DNA from: Chrysemys picta bellii
Taxonomy: Eukaryota
NCBI RefSeq assembly: GCF_011386835.1
Contig: NC_088807.1
Span: 19,220,001 to 19,284,000 of the forward strand
Length of the DNA: 64,000 nt
Reading direction: 5' to 3'
Shown here: in pieces, positions 45,531-63,678 of the stretch
Position numbering within the stretch: the stretch's first letter is position 1
How the letters are laid out: every line of letters begins with the position of its first letter
Made by a program: the position numbers and the translations under genes
The notes under the pieces: generated by a model
Told to the model about the DNA's origin: nothing
What the model saw: only the letters and a program-made list of their open reading frames with translations
Databases searched by the model: none

Positions 45531-48122
45531 GCGTGTCCGTGCTCCCAGGCTGCCGCGGTGCGTGTGTGTGTCAGTGTCTCCGTGTGGATCACTGCCCCCT
45601 CTGTCTGTGCGTACGCACTCCCTCCCCCCCCCACTCCGGCTGCCCGTGCGCCCAGCCAGACCGCGGCCCGGGCCCAGTGCCAGCTCCACCGCACTGCACC
45701 CGCCTGGGCCTGCCGTGACACGGGGCGTTTGCGTCAAAGGCTGGCCCCACGCAGGGGGACCCCGGCTTCCTGTGTACTCAGCGTGTGCGGCTGTGTGTGT
45801 GTGTGTGTGTGCGGCTGTGTGTGTGTGTGTGTCTGTGTGCGCAGACAGGCGGGGGGTGAGGATATGAACCATGTGTTTGTCTAAGCCCCAGCGCCGGCTT
45901 CGCAGCTGCCCCAGGAATCTGTGTGTCAGGGCCAACCCCACACCTTTGTTATTTGAGCTGGGGCGGGGGAGGGCTGGGCTAGCAGGGGCTGCGGGTCGGG
46001 AGTGAGGGGCACCAGCAGAGCTGGGGGGCTAGCAGGGGGCTGGGGGTCAGCAGTGAGGGGCTGGGTTGCCGGCCGGGCCAGTTGCCTGCACCTGCAGCCT
46101 CTTCCTGGTAATTGCCCCCCTGGGGGGGTGGTGCAAGACTGGACAGGAGCAGCCTCCCCCAGCAGGATCCCAGCACAGCCAGGGGCCGGGTCCTAGCAGC
46201 CTGACCAGCCCCCAGCTCTGTGTGTGTGTGTGTGTGTGTGTGTGTTCCTGCCGCCCCCTGCTGGAGGGGCTGGGCCCTGCGCTCTGGGGATGTGTCAAGT
46301 CACTGGCCCTGCGCCGTGTGGGTGGGTCCTGGATTCGTGCGGCGGGGGGTGCCTGAGTCCATGGGGCTTGTGCACTGCCCGTGCGAGGTTCCCGTGCGGC
46401 AGGGGCGTTGGTGATGTCACGGGGGCAGGGTGGGGTGTATTGTAGTGATAATATCGCATTGGTGCCTTGTACGGCATCGCATTCGGTTGCACTGTGGCAA
46501 ATATTCTGTGATGTAATATTGCGATGCCTTGCGTTGTGTTCTCTCGCATTAGATTCCATCGCATTAGATTGTACTGCATTATCGCCTGGCGTGGCCTTGC
46601 ATTTCCTTGCATTCCTGTCGCCTCCGTTCTGCTCTCTTGCATTTCATTGTGCTACATTCTGTTGCACTGTATTGCAATATACATTTCATTGCGTTATTGC
46701 CTGGTGGTGCTTTATATTATCGGACGTTTTCCTCACACATTTTACTGCGTGACTTTCTATTGCACGTGTCGCGTTATCCCCGGGGGTAGCATTGCATTAC
46801 CGGCTCTCTTGCGTTCTGGTCTCGGACGTAATATGCCCTTGCATGTGATGTTCTACTCTGTGGCGCTATCTGGCCTGGGCGTTATGGCGTGGTAGAGCGT
46901 TGTGTTCTCCTGTGTTTCCTCTCTCCCATTTGATGGCACTGCCGGCTATGCCCTGCATTATCTGGCCCCCTCGCATCGTGCGTTCTTGCCCGCTGCAGCA
47001 TGGCCCGGTCTGCCCTGGGCTGTGTGGCTTTGCCAAGCGGGACCGGCGATTCTATGGCACCTGGCTTCCTTGCCTCGCCCGACATCCGGTTGCACTTTGT
47101 TGTGTTTGCGTGATTCACTTGTGAGCTCGGCTCGGGTTTCTCTGCCTTGCACAATGACCCCAGCTTGGGCTACTCAGCTGACAGAGATTATTAAGAAACC
47201 CTTTGCAACATATATGAATTTCCAGAGGGAAAAACCCATCAGCTGGCACTGGGATATGCTGGGCTGTGGGGGGCTCGGCAGGGGGCGCTGGGTTGCAGTG
47301 AGCAGGGTGGGGGCCCAGCAGGGGGCGTTCTCCCTGGCCGCCAGTCCCAGCCCCGATGCCCCAGGGCGGCGCTGGGGTTGTGACGTGGGGGGAGTTTTCT
47401 GTAATATTTTGATGAAGCCGGTGCTTGCCTCAGTTTCCCGGTGGGTGCCGAAGGCTTGACCGCTGCTCCTGGAGCCGCCCAGGAGACCTGGCAGGGGTGG
47501 GGGGGGTCACCTTGCTGTTTGTGGGGAATGACTGGCTGTGACAGGGGGGGGTTGCCTCGCACAGGCCCTGGAGGGGGTCAGGTGGGGCTGGGAGGCCAGT
47601 TACTGTCCCAGGGCGGGACAGCTGCGGAAGACGCCCCACTGCAGGGGGGCAGGGGGGATTATAAAGTCAGGATGGTGGGGGGGCGGGGCGAGGAGGGACG
47701 AGGCGTAGGCCTAATGGGTTGGCAGAGAGGCACCCCGGGAAACCATCACCGTGCCCCGCCGCTGGGGGGCGCCAGCGGAGACCGAATGGGGAGCGGGGCC
47801 TTCAAGCCCTGGGGGAAATGCCCAGGGAGCCTTGGGGGCGAACAGGGAGCCGCCGGGAAAGGCTGGGTCTCCTGCGGGCACAGGCGCGAGGGGTCTTTAG
47901 TCTCCGCAGCCTCGTCAGAGCGAGAGGAGCTCAAATCCCCCGGGTGGATCCAGAGTCCCCTGGGCGACGGATCCGGGGAGCCCCCTGAGGGCTGAGCGAG
48001 GGGCGCCGGGAGCCGGGACCGGAGCTGGAGACCCAAAGGGGCTGGGCTAAGGGCTGTCCTATGTGGGCGGGGAGGCAAGGAGACGGAACCGCAGCTGGGG
48101 GCCATGGCCACGTGGCTGGCCA

Positions 48123-48622
48123 NNNNNNNNNNNNNNNNNNNNNNNNNNNNNNNNNNNNNNNNNNNNNNNNNNNNNNNNNNNNNNNNNNNNNNNNNNNNNN
48201 NNNNNNNNNNNNNNNNNNNNNNNNNNNNNNNNNNNNNNNNNNNNNNNNNNNNNNNNNNNNNNNNNNNNNNNNNNNNNNNNNNNNNNNNNNNNNNNNNNNN
48301 NNNNNNNNNNNNNNNNNNNNNNNNNNNNNNNNNNNNNNNNNNNNNNNNNNNNNNNNNNNNNNNNNNNNNNNNNNNNNNNNNNNNNNNNNNNNNNNNNNNN
48401 NNNNNNNNNNNNNNNNNNNNNNNNNNNNNNNNNNNNNNNNNNNNNNNNNNNNNNNNNNNNNNNNNNNNNNNNNNNNNNNNNNNNNNNNNNNNNNNNNNNN
48501 NNNNNNNNNNNNNNNNNNNNNNNNNNNNNNNNNNNNNNNNNNNNNNNNNNNNNNNNNNNNNNNNNNNNNNNNNNNNNNNNNNNNNNNNNNNNNNNNNNNN
48601 NNNNNNNNNNNNNNNNNNNNNN
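48123..48622. other. Assembly gap (500 N)
   Basis: N run that coincides with the inner edge of the right inverted arm. Confidence 1.
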
Positions 48623-50424
48623 AGAATGTGGGTGTTGTGTTGTGTTGTGTTATCTCACACAACAGCGCTGCTTCGGCCGCGCAGCGGCTGGAAAAAAAGG
48701 AGCAAGCGGCGCCCTCTGGTGGCTGCAACCTGGAGCTGCAGCCTGTGCAAAACAATTGGTGGCTGGTTCAGGGTTGGCTCATGGGGGGGCGGGGGGGAGT
48801 TGCCGAGGCGGCAGCGTCTGTGCTGGGAAGGGACGGACGGACAGACAGTGGGGATATGCATTTGGTTTGTTATTATAGGGTCTCTCCGGGTTGCCAGGAG
48901 CTGCGCAGGCCGGTTTGTTATTGTAGGGTCTCTCCGGGGGCTGCGCAGGCTGGTTTGTTATTGTAGGGTCTCTCCTGGATGCCTGGAGCTGCGCAGGCCA
49001 GTTTGTTATTGTAGGGTGTCTCCGGGGAGCCGGGGGCTGCGCAGGCCGGTTTGTTATTGTAGGGTCTCTCAGGGGCGCTGGGAGCTGCGCAGGCCGGTTT
49101 GTTATTGTAGGGTCTCTCAGGGGCGCTGGGAGCTGCGCAGGCCGGTTTGTTAGTGTAGGGTCTCTCCGGGGGCTGCGCAGGCCGGTTTGTTATTGTAGGG
49201 TCTCTCAGGGGCGCTGGGAGCTGCAGAGGCCGGTTTGTTAGTGTAGGGTCTCTCAGGGAGCTGGAGGCTGCACAGGCCGGTTTGTTAGTGTAGGGGCACA
49301 GGTAAACACCTAGTTTCCGGACAACACTAATAACTGAAACGATTCCAGCCTCATTGGGGCTTTGGGATGAAACAGAAACAAAGAAACAGGAGGCCAAAAT
49401 ATCCCGGTCTATGAGCGGTGGGAGGAGCCTAGGGCCGGGCTAGCGGGGGCTGGGGGCCAGGAGTGAGGGGCGCTGGCAGGGTGGGAGTGAGGGGCACCGG
49501 CAGGGCTGGGCGCAGCGGGTCGGGAGTGAGGGGCACTGGCGGGGCTGGGGGCCGGGAGTGAGGGGCGCCGGCAGGGCGGGAGTGAGGGGCACTGGCGGGG
49601 CTGGGGGTCGGGAGTGAGGGGCGCCGTCAGGGCTGGGGGTCGGGAGTGAGGGGCACCGGCGGGGCTGGGGGTCGGGAGTGAGGGGCGCCGGCAGGGCTGG
49701 GGGTCGGGAGTGAGGGGCGCCGGCGGGTCGGGAGCGAGGGGCACCGGCGGGGCGGGGGGCTGACAGTGAGGGGCGCCGGTGGGGCTGCAGGTCCGCAGTG
49801 AGGGGCGCCGGTGGGGCTGTGTCCGGGAACCTGTTCAGCAGTTGCAGGTTCCCAGAAATCCTGTGAGTTCATCACCGACCCGGCGGCTCCGGGTTTGCGG
49901 GGCGGGGGGCGTGGGGGAGGGAGGGGCTGTGGGAAATGTGCAGCACAGGGGGGAGGGGCAGTTAATGGCCCCAAATGTCGCAGAGGCTGAGAAAGGGGCG
50001 AAGGCTGGACCCTGCCCCCAGCATCTCACCTGGCAGGGGAGGGGGGACTGGCTGGCTCAGGGGGGCAGGGAATGAGACATGGGGCCTGTCCCCTCTAGGG
50101 GACGCCAGCTCCCATCCAGCCCCCAGTCTGTGAGCTGCTCCCCCCCCAGCCCTGCTGGTGCCCCTCACTCCTGACCCGCAGGCCCTGCTCGCCCAGCCCC
50201 CCACTCCCACGCCGCTCTCGCGGGGGCTCTAGAACGCCTGGGTTCTGTGAGGCGGGTTCCAGAACGGCGAAGCCCCTGGCCCTGCCCCGCCATCTGGCGC
50301 CCCCTGGTGCGCGCAGCCTGCCCGCCCGCTGCTGAGGGTCTTCGCCGTGTGCTTCCTGCAGGGGGCGCTCCTGGCACAGGGAGGGAGCTGCCCCTGCCCC
50401 TGCCCCGCCCGTGAAGGGCTCGGG

Positions 50425-53400
50425 ATGAAGACGGGCTCTGGCCCCCGCCCGCCCCTGCCTCTGCTCTGCCTCCTGCTGGCGCTGAGCGTTGGGGGGGCTG
50501 GTGAGTGGGGGGCTGGCCCCTAGGATGGGACCCAGGCATCCGAGATGGCAGCATGAGGCACTGGTCCCTGGGGGACCCTGCAGCTCCCAGCCTTGGGGGC
50601 AGGATTTGTGGGGGAGGCAGCCGGGGAGCCTGTGCAGGGCTGCCCCCAGCCCCAAAGGGGGGAGTGGGGAAGGGTCAAGCGAGAGGGGATGGGGGGACCC
50701 AGGCGTCCGGGAAGGATCAGGGCCAGTCTCAAATCTGCCCCTCCCCCCTGACAGGTGCCACAGGGATAGGCAGCTTCTTCAGACCCCTGAGTGAGTAACT
50801 ACCCCGCCCCCACTGTTCTGCCCCTCCCCACTGCCCCGCCTCCTCCCCTCCCCATGCTGCCCCCAACCCCCACCCGCACCTTCCCCCCAACTCCCATCTG
50901 CTTCCCTCCCCTACTCCTCAGCTCCCCCCACCCATTCCCCATCCCCTGCTCTGGGGATCCGAGCAGACCAAGGGAGCCCCCTGGTGGCAACACAAAGGAT
51001 GAACAGGACCCCAAACGGGTGGGGGGGGGTGAAGAGGGACACAGGGCCTGGGAGGATGGGGGAAGCAGGACGGGGTGGGGGCAGCTGGTACTAACAGGGG
51101 TCCCCCCTCAGCCTGCACTCAGCACCCCTCCCTGCGGACACCCTGCGGCGGCAACGCCGAGAACTTCTATCCCAGCCAGTGTCTGCAGAGGAAATGCTGC
51201 CACGCCAACGGCACCTGCTTCCACCGCGCCATCGATGGTGAGCGGCCCCAGAGCCAGCGCTTCCCCCCACCCCTCCCCGAGCCAGCCGCCTCCCCGTGTG
51301 GAGCTCTGTACACCCAGCCCCCGCACTCCACCCCAGAGCCAGCCGCATCCCCCGCGCCCCCAGAGCCAGCCGCCTCCCCCGTGTGGAGCTCTGTACACCC
51401 GGCCCCCTGCACCCCACCCCAGAGCCAGCCGCCTCCCCCGTGTGGAGCTCTGTACACCCAGCCCCCGCACTCCACCCCAGAGCCAGCCGCATCCCCCGCG
51501 CCCCCAGAGCCAGCCGCCTCCCCCGTGTGGAGCTCTGTACACCCGCCCCCTGCACCCCACCCCAGAGCCCGCCGCATCCCCGCGCCCCCAGAACCAGCCG
51601 CATCCCCCGTGTGGAGCTCTGTACACCCAGCCCCCGCACCCCACCCAGAGCCAGCCGCATCCCCCATGTGGAGCTCTGTACACCCGGCCCCCGCACCCCA
51701 CCCCAGAGCCAGCCGCATCCCCCGCGCCCCCAGAACCAGCCGCATCCCCCGTGTGGAGCTCTGTACACCCAGCCCCCGCACTCCACCCCAGAGCCAGCCG
51801 CCTCCCCCCGCACCCCCAGAGCCAGCCGCCTCCCCCGTGTGGAGCTCTGTACACCCAGCCCCCGCACCCCACCCCAGAGCCAGCCGCCTCCCCGTGTGGA
51901 GCTCTGTACACCCAGCCCCTGCACCCCACCCAGAGCCAGCCGCATCCCCCATGTGGAGCTCTGTACACCCGGCCCCCGCACCCCACCCCAGAGCCAGCCG
52001 CCTCCCCCGTGTGGAGCTCTGTACACCCAGCCCCCGCACTCCACCCCAGAGCCAGCCGCAACCCCCGCACCCCCAGAGCCAGCCGCCTCCCCCATGTGGA
52101 GCTCTGTACACCCAGCCCCTGCACCCCACCCCAGAGCCAGCCGCCTCCCCCGTGTGGAGCTCTGTACATCCGGCCCCCGCACCCCACCCCAGAGCCAGCC
52201 GCATCCCCCGTGTGGAGCTCTGTACACCCAGCCCCCGCACTCCACCCCAGAGCCAGCCGCCTCCCCCGTGTGGAGCTCTGTACACCCGGCCCCCGCACCC
52301 CACCCCAGAGCCAGCCGCATCCCCCATGTGGAGCTCTGTACACCCGGCCCCCGCACCCCACCCCAGAGCCAGCCGCCTCCCCCGTGTGGAGCTCTGTACA
52401 CCCAGCCCCCGCACTCCACCCCAGAGCCAGCCGCAACCCCCGCACCCCCAGAGCCAGCCGCCTCCCCCATGTGGAGCTCTGTACACCCAGCCCCTGCACC
52501 CCACCCCAGAGCCAGCCGCCTCCCCCGTGTGGAGCTCTGTACATCCGGCCCCCGCACCCCACCCCAGAGCCAGCCGCATCCCCCGTGTGGAGCTCTGTAC
52601 ACCCAGCCCCCGCACTCCACCCCAGAGCCAGCCGCATCCCCCGCGCCCCCAGAGCCAGCCGCCTCCCCCGTGTGGAGCTCTGTACACCCGGCCCCCTGCA
52701 CCCCACCCCAGAGCCAGCCGCCTCCCCCGTGTGGAGCTCTGTACACCCAGCCCCCGCACCCCACCCCAGAGCCAGCCGCCTCCCCCGTGTGGAGCTCTGT
52801 ACACCCAGCCCCCGCACCCCACCCCAGAGCCAGCCGCATCCCCCATGTGGAGCTCTGTACACCCGGCCCCCGCACCCCACCCCAGAGCCCGCCGCATCCC
52901 CCGCGCCCCCAGAACCAGCCGCATCCCCCGTGTGGAGCTCTGTACACCCAGCCCCCGCACTCCACCCCAGAGCCAGCCGCCTCCCCCCGCACCTCCAGAG
53001 CCAGCCCCCTCCCCCGTGTGGAGCTCTGTACACCCAGCCCCCGCACCCCACCCCAGAGCCAGCCGCCTCCCCCGTGTGGAGCTCTGTACACCCAGCCCCT
53101 GCACCCCACCCCAGAGCCAGCCGCATCCCCCATGTGGAGCTCTGTACACCCGGCCCCCGCACCCCACCCCAGAGCCAGCCGCCTCCCCCGTGTGGAGCTC
53201 TGTACACCCAGCCCCCGCACTCCACCCCAGAGCCAGCCGCAACCCCCGCACCCCCAGAGCCAGCCGCCTCCCCCATGTGGAGCTCTGTACACCCAGCCCC
53301 TGCACCCCACCCCAGAGCCAGCCGCCTCCCCCGTGTGGAGCTCTGTACATCCGGCCCCTGCACCCCACCCCAGAGCCAGCCGCATCCCCCGTGTGGAGCT

Positions 53401-55205
53401 CTGTACACCCAGCCCCCGCACTCCACCCCAGAGCCAGCCGCCTCCCCCGTGTGGAGCTCTGTACACCCGGCCCCCGCACCCCACCCCAGAGCCAGCCGCA
53501 TCCCCCATGTGGAGCTCTGTACACCCGGCCCCCGCACCCCACCCCAGAGCCAGCCGCCTCCCCTGTGTGGAGCTCTGTACACCCAGCCCCTGCACCCCAC
53601 CCCAGAGCCAGCCGCCTCCCCTCTGTGGAGCTCTGTACACCCAGCCCCCGCACCCCACCCCAGAGCCAGCCGCCTCCCCCGTGTGGAGCTCTGTACACCC
53701 AGCCCCCGCACCCCACCCCAGAGCCAGCCGCCTCCCCTCTGTGGAGCTCTGTACACCCAGCCCCTGCACCCCACCCCAGAGCCAGCTGCATCCCCCGTGT
53801 GGAGCTCTGTACACCCGGCCCCCGCACTCCACCCCAGAGCCAGCCGCATCCCCCGTGTGGAGCTCTGTACACCCAGCCCCTGCACTCCACCCCAGAGCCA
53901 GCCGCATCCCCTGCGCCCCCAGAGCCAGCCACATCCCCCCTGTGAAGGTCTGTACACCCAGCCCCCGCACCCCACCCCAGAGCCAGCCGCATCCCCCGTG
54001 TGGAGCTCTGTACACCCAGCCCCCGCACTCCACCCCAGAGCCAGCCGCATCCCCCGTGTGGAGCTCTGTACACCCAGCCCCTGCACCCCACCCCAGAGCC
54101 AGCCACCTCCCCCGTGTGGAGCTCTGTACACCCGGCCCCCACACCCCACCCCAGAGCCAGCCGCATCCCCCGTGTGGAGCTCTGGCCACCCACACCCACA
54201 CCTCACTCCAAAGCCAGCTGCATCCCCCCCATGGGGCTCTGTACACCCAGCCCCCGCACCCCACCCCAGAGTCAGCTGCACCCCCGCAGTCAACCCCAGA
54301 GCCAACTTCCGCCCTGCGTGAGGCTCTATATACCCAGCCCCCGCGCCCCCCCAGACCCAGCCGCAGCGCCACCTCCCACCCCAGAGCAGCTGGCAGATGC
54401 CGAGCTGCCCCAATCCTCCCTTTCCTTGGCAGCGCCACGCCAGCGCCGGAACGCCGGGATCCTAGGGGGGGCTCTGCGTGGGGGCCGCCGGGCTGTTCCT
54501 CTGCGTCTGCGTCGCCTGGTAGGTACCGGCTGGAGCAGAACTGCCCTGGGCTCTGTGTCCTGTCTACACAGTCCAGTCCTGGCTGAGAGCTCAATGGCTG
54601 AGCCCAGCAAGGGACCCGGGGCCTTTCCCCTCTAGGGGGCGCCAGCTCCATCCAGCCCCAGGGCAGGGACTGGCTCCCTCAGGGGGGCGGGAAATGGGGC
54701 ATGGGGCCTTTTTCCTCCAGGGGGTGTTGGCTCCCATCCTGCTCCAGGGCAGGGACTGGCTGGCTCAGGGGAGTGGGATATGGGGCCCGGGGCCTTTCCC
54801 ATTTGGGTCACTAGATACCCCAATCCACTCCCTTCCCAGAGCCGGGGAGAGAACCCTGGAGTCCTGGCTCCCAGCACCCTCCCCTCCCCGCTCTAACCCC
54901 TAGGCCCCACGCCCCTCCCAGAGCCAGGGAGAGAACCCTGGAGTCCTGGCTCCAGCACCCGCCCCTCCCCGCTCTAACCCCTAGGCCCCACGCCCCTCCC
55001 AGAGCCGGGGAGAGAACCCTGGAGTCCTGGCTCCCAGCCCCCCCATTATCTCTGTTCTCCCCGCAGCAGGCTGAAGGGCACCCGGGCAGCAGGGAAGGAG
55101 ACTGGGAAGCCGAAGTCAACGTCGGATGCAGAGGCGGCTGATTATCTGACGAAGCTGCTGGAGGAGAGTGACCAGGAGGAAGAGCCAAAAGAGGGGGGAG
55201 AGTAG
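50425..55205 (+). CDS. TMEM190: TMEM190-like, copy 2 (inverted); one +1 G in exon 4
   Basis: Exons 50425-50500, 50755-50790, 51112-51237, 54433-54518 and 55067-55205. AATAAA at 55259-55264. The exon 4 G-run (~54465-54471) has 7 G versus 6 in copy 1. Confidence 0.75.
51280..54330. repeat. 58 bp minisatellite filling TMEM190 intron 3, copy 2 (about twice as long)
   Basis: GAGCTCTGTACACCCAGCCCCCGCACCCCACCCCAGAGCCAGCCGCCTCCCCCGTGTG repeated. Confidence 0.95.
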
Positions 55206-56615
55206 GGACAGGCTGGGGGGGAGCCCCCCCCCCACCTGGGCTGCTGCACCCCTCATACAATAAAGGGTTAATTTCCCCCCCCTTACTTCTTTCCTGATCA
55301 GCTGGGGAGTGGGGCACATGCTGTTTCCACATTCCCTTCCCCCATCCGGATCCCTGTATACACAGCCCCCGCGCTCCACCCCAGAACGGGGGCAAGGAAT
55401 GGGACACGGGGCCTTTCCCCTCTAACCACTAGACCTCACTCCCCTCCCATAGCCAGGGAGAGAACCCAGGAGTCCTGGCTCCCAGCCCCCCCCCCCCGCT
55501 CTAACCACTAGACCCCACTCCGCAGCATGCAACGCAGGACAAGGAAGCACAGAGCAGTGGGCCTGAGACACAAAAGTGTTTTAAAAACAAATGACACTTC
55601 CGTGCGACAGACGCCTCTTCGCTGGGTCAGGGGAGACAGCACCCAGCCTCCAAGCTCTGCCGTCCCAGCGCCGGGCAAGGGGTCCCCGGATACCCAGCCC
55701 CCGTGCTCTACCCCAGAGGGGCCACATCTCTGTCCCTCTGGCCTGGGGCCAGTTCGGTTCATCTGTCTCACAGTCCCGTGGGTGCTCCCTGAATCAGCGA
55801 GGGGGTGGGGGGTGCTGGTCCCAGACGGATCCCCCATCCGACTCGCCCCCTCCAGGGCTCTGTCCCAAAAAGCATCTGGAAGAGACGGACAGTCAGTCAT
55901 AAGCTACAGGGGGGGCTCTGAGTTGGGGGGATAATTGTATCGGGGGGCCCTGCCAATGCCCCCCACCCATCAGAATGGCCCATCCAGATGTTTCACACCC
56001 CTTGGTTAAGCTGTCCTCCCCTGCACCCCCAGAACAGCACCCTAATCCCAGTGACCTGGCTCCCTGCTCCCCCTTCCCGCACTGGGGCCCCCCTTCCCCC
56101 CCTCACAACACCAGCCTCCCCCCCTCACCGCACCAGGGCCCAGTTCCCAGCCACAGTCATAAAATTTGATGAAGATGATTGGGGGGGGGGGGAGGCATGG
56201 GGGGAACGTGGCACTGGGGGGGGTTGTGCTGGTGGGGGGGGGGAGGGGAGGTTGGGGTTCCCTCTCAGCCCTTTCCCAGGGGGCAGGGTTTGGGGAGAAG
56301 GACAATGTGGGCAGGGTCAGGGGTGGACAGGGTTTGGGGGCAGGGTTTGGAGGGACCCGAGGGGTGGGGTTTGGGGGCATTGTTTGGGGGGCACGGGGAG
56401 AGGCAGCAGGGACAAGGTTTGGGGGCAGGATTTGGGGGACACACAAGGCAGGGCTGGGGGGCAGGGTTTGGGGGCACATGGGGCAGAGCAGCAGGGACAG
56501 AGTTTGGGGATAGGGTTTGGGGGCAGCATTTGGGGGGCACACAGGGCAGGGCTTGGGGGCCACAGGGGGAAGGGCAGCAGGGAAGGGTTTGGGGGCACAC
56601 GGGGGAGGGTTACCT

Positions 56616-56987
56616 CTAGACCGTCTCCCGGGGCGGGGGCCCCTGGCTCCCCCGGACGGGGCCCAAGGCCAGCGGGCCGGGCTGACGCCGCGACCAGCGG
56701 CGGGAGATCTTGCGGGCGAGGCGGGCCAGGGTGCCCCCCTTGGCAGCGTAGTCCCGCCCCAGCTCGTCGGGCGCCAGCTCCAGGTTGCCCGTGTACCAGA
56801 GCACCCAGCCCAGCAGGCTCAGGAAGACCAGCACCGCCCCCGAGTAGATCAGCAGGTCCCCGAAGTCCTGGCCCCGCACCCGCAGCCGGGCGAAGATGCC
56901 CGTCAGCAGCGCCCCCATGCCCGCCCCGTCCAGCAGCAGCGCCAGGCCCAGCGCCAGGCGGCACCGGCCCAGCCCCCCCGAGGCCAT
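56616..56987 (-). CDS. TMEM238: TMEM238, copy 2 (inverted), 123 aa
   Basis: Same translation as 33412-33783. Synonymous changes seen near the 3' end (CGC/CGT, CTG/TTG). Confidence 0.9.
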   Translation of the reverse strand: MASGGLGRCRLALGLALLLDGAGMGALLTGIFARLRVRGQDFGDLLIYSGAVLVFLSLLGWVLWYTGNLELAPDELGRDYAAKGGTLARLARKISRRWSRRQPGPLALGPVRGSQGPPPRETV

Positions 56988-58418
56988 GGCGGGGGGCAGC
57001 GGCGGGGGGCAGGTCCCGAGGGGTGCGGGGGGGGGGGGCGGCAGAGACCCAGCAGGGATCCGGGCTGGCGCTGGGCAGGGAGGTGGCAGCCAGGTGCGCT
57101 GAGAACCGGCCCGGCTGGTGGGGGGGGGGCAGGGCGGGACCCAGCAGGTATCGCTCCCTGCCCGGGTTAACCCTTCCCTGCCCACCACAGGCCGACGGGC
57201 GCAGCTGGGATGGTCACGCCTAGCTGGGGAGAGAACCCAGGCGTCCTGGCTCCCAGCCCTCCCCCCACTTCTAACCACCAGATGCCGCTCCCCTCCCAGA
57301 GCCAGGGAGAGAACCCAGGAGTCCTGGCTCCCTCCTTCTAACCACTAACCCCCACTCCCCTCCCAGAGCCAGGGAGAGAACCCAGGCGTCCTGGCTCCCA
57401 ACCCCCACACACACAATGGTGGGCGGGGCCTGGCTCGGGGTCACTCAATTCGCTCTACCTGCTGAGATCAAAGGAGACGCTGCCTACCCCTAAGCCCCGC
57501 CCCCAGGTGTACGCTATCCAATCAGCTGTGCCGCACGCCCCCCTCTTCCCGCTCACCTTTACCTGTCCGACCAATGAGAGCCCAGACGGTGGGGAAGGCG
57601 TGGTTGAGGTTGCTTTAACCCATTCAGAACGGGTACCGGCCGCTGAATGTTATCAACCCAGCATGGGTGAAACCTCCCCAGAGACAACCCTGAGTCCCTG
57701 GCTGCCCCTCCCCCCCCCCCCCCAGATCCCACTCCCTTCCCAGAGCTGGGGAGAGAACCCAGGAGTCCTGGCTCCCATTCCCCCCTGCTCTAACCACTAG
57801 ACCCCACTCCCCTCCCAGAGCAGGGAGAGAACCCAGGAGTCCTGGCTCCCAGCCCCCCCTCCGCTCTAACCACTAGACTCCCACCTCCCTCCAGAGCTGG
57901 GGAGAGAACTCAGGAGTCCTGGCTCCCAGCCCAGAAGGAGGGCTAGCCCTGTTTTTCTGGACACTAACTTGGGCTGTGGGACACTCCACCAGATTGAATT
58001 CCCTGCCCATCCAGGCTGGTCACATAGCCTCTCTGGGCCTCAGTTTCCCCATCCCTACAATGGGTAGAGCAGCCCTGCCCTGCCTTGCGGGTGATGGTGG
58101 GTAAACAGCCTGCAGCTTGTCAGGCACCCAGAGGCCATGGTGATGGGGACCGGAGGAAGCCCTGGGGCGGGGAGGGGCCTGCTGATATCACAATGCCAGG
58201 CCCCAGGTCAGAGGTTCCGGGCCGGCCCAGAGCAGCATGGGGCAGTGATGCTGCCTTGCCAACAGGGGGCACTGATGCTGGGAGCACCCTGTGCTGGGGC
58301 CATGGGCCCCTGGGCACTGGCAGTCATGGACCCCTGCTGCTGCCGTGACGTGCCCCACGATCTCGGCCTCCTGAGACCCCCAACCCCAACAAGCCAAGCC
58401 TGACACAGCTAGCCGGCC

Positions 58419-63378
<4,960 letters not shown>

Positions 63379-63634
63379 GTAAGTGGGGAATCGGTTAAAC
63401 ACATAACCAGCCTCCGGGCCCCACCCCAGAGGGGCCACATGTCAGGGCTGGATGAGGGGTCCCAGTATGACCAGTCCCGGTGCCCCATTCCAGAGGGGTC
63501 GCATCCCAGCGCTGGATGAGGGGTCTCCATATGACCAGCCCCCATGCCCCACCCCAGAGAGGCCGCATCCTAGCACTGGGTGTGGGGTCCCCGTAGGAGC
63601 AGCCCCTGTGCCCTGCCCCAGAGGGGCCATGTCT

Positions 63635-63678
<44 letters not shown>

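Noticed and set aside
45864-45884. ATGAACCATGTGTTTGTC resembling the IL11 start (MNCVC)
   Set aside because: Stops after 6 codons, has no donor after ATGAAC, and I found no downstream IL11 exons.
50791-54651. Four to five ORFs of 950-1190 aa (and 490-670 aa at 35870-37879)
   Set aside because: They arise from a 58-bp non-triplet intronic minisatellite that is nearly stop-free in most frames on both strands. The true TMEM190 exons flank it.
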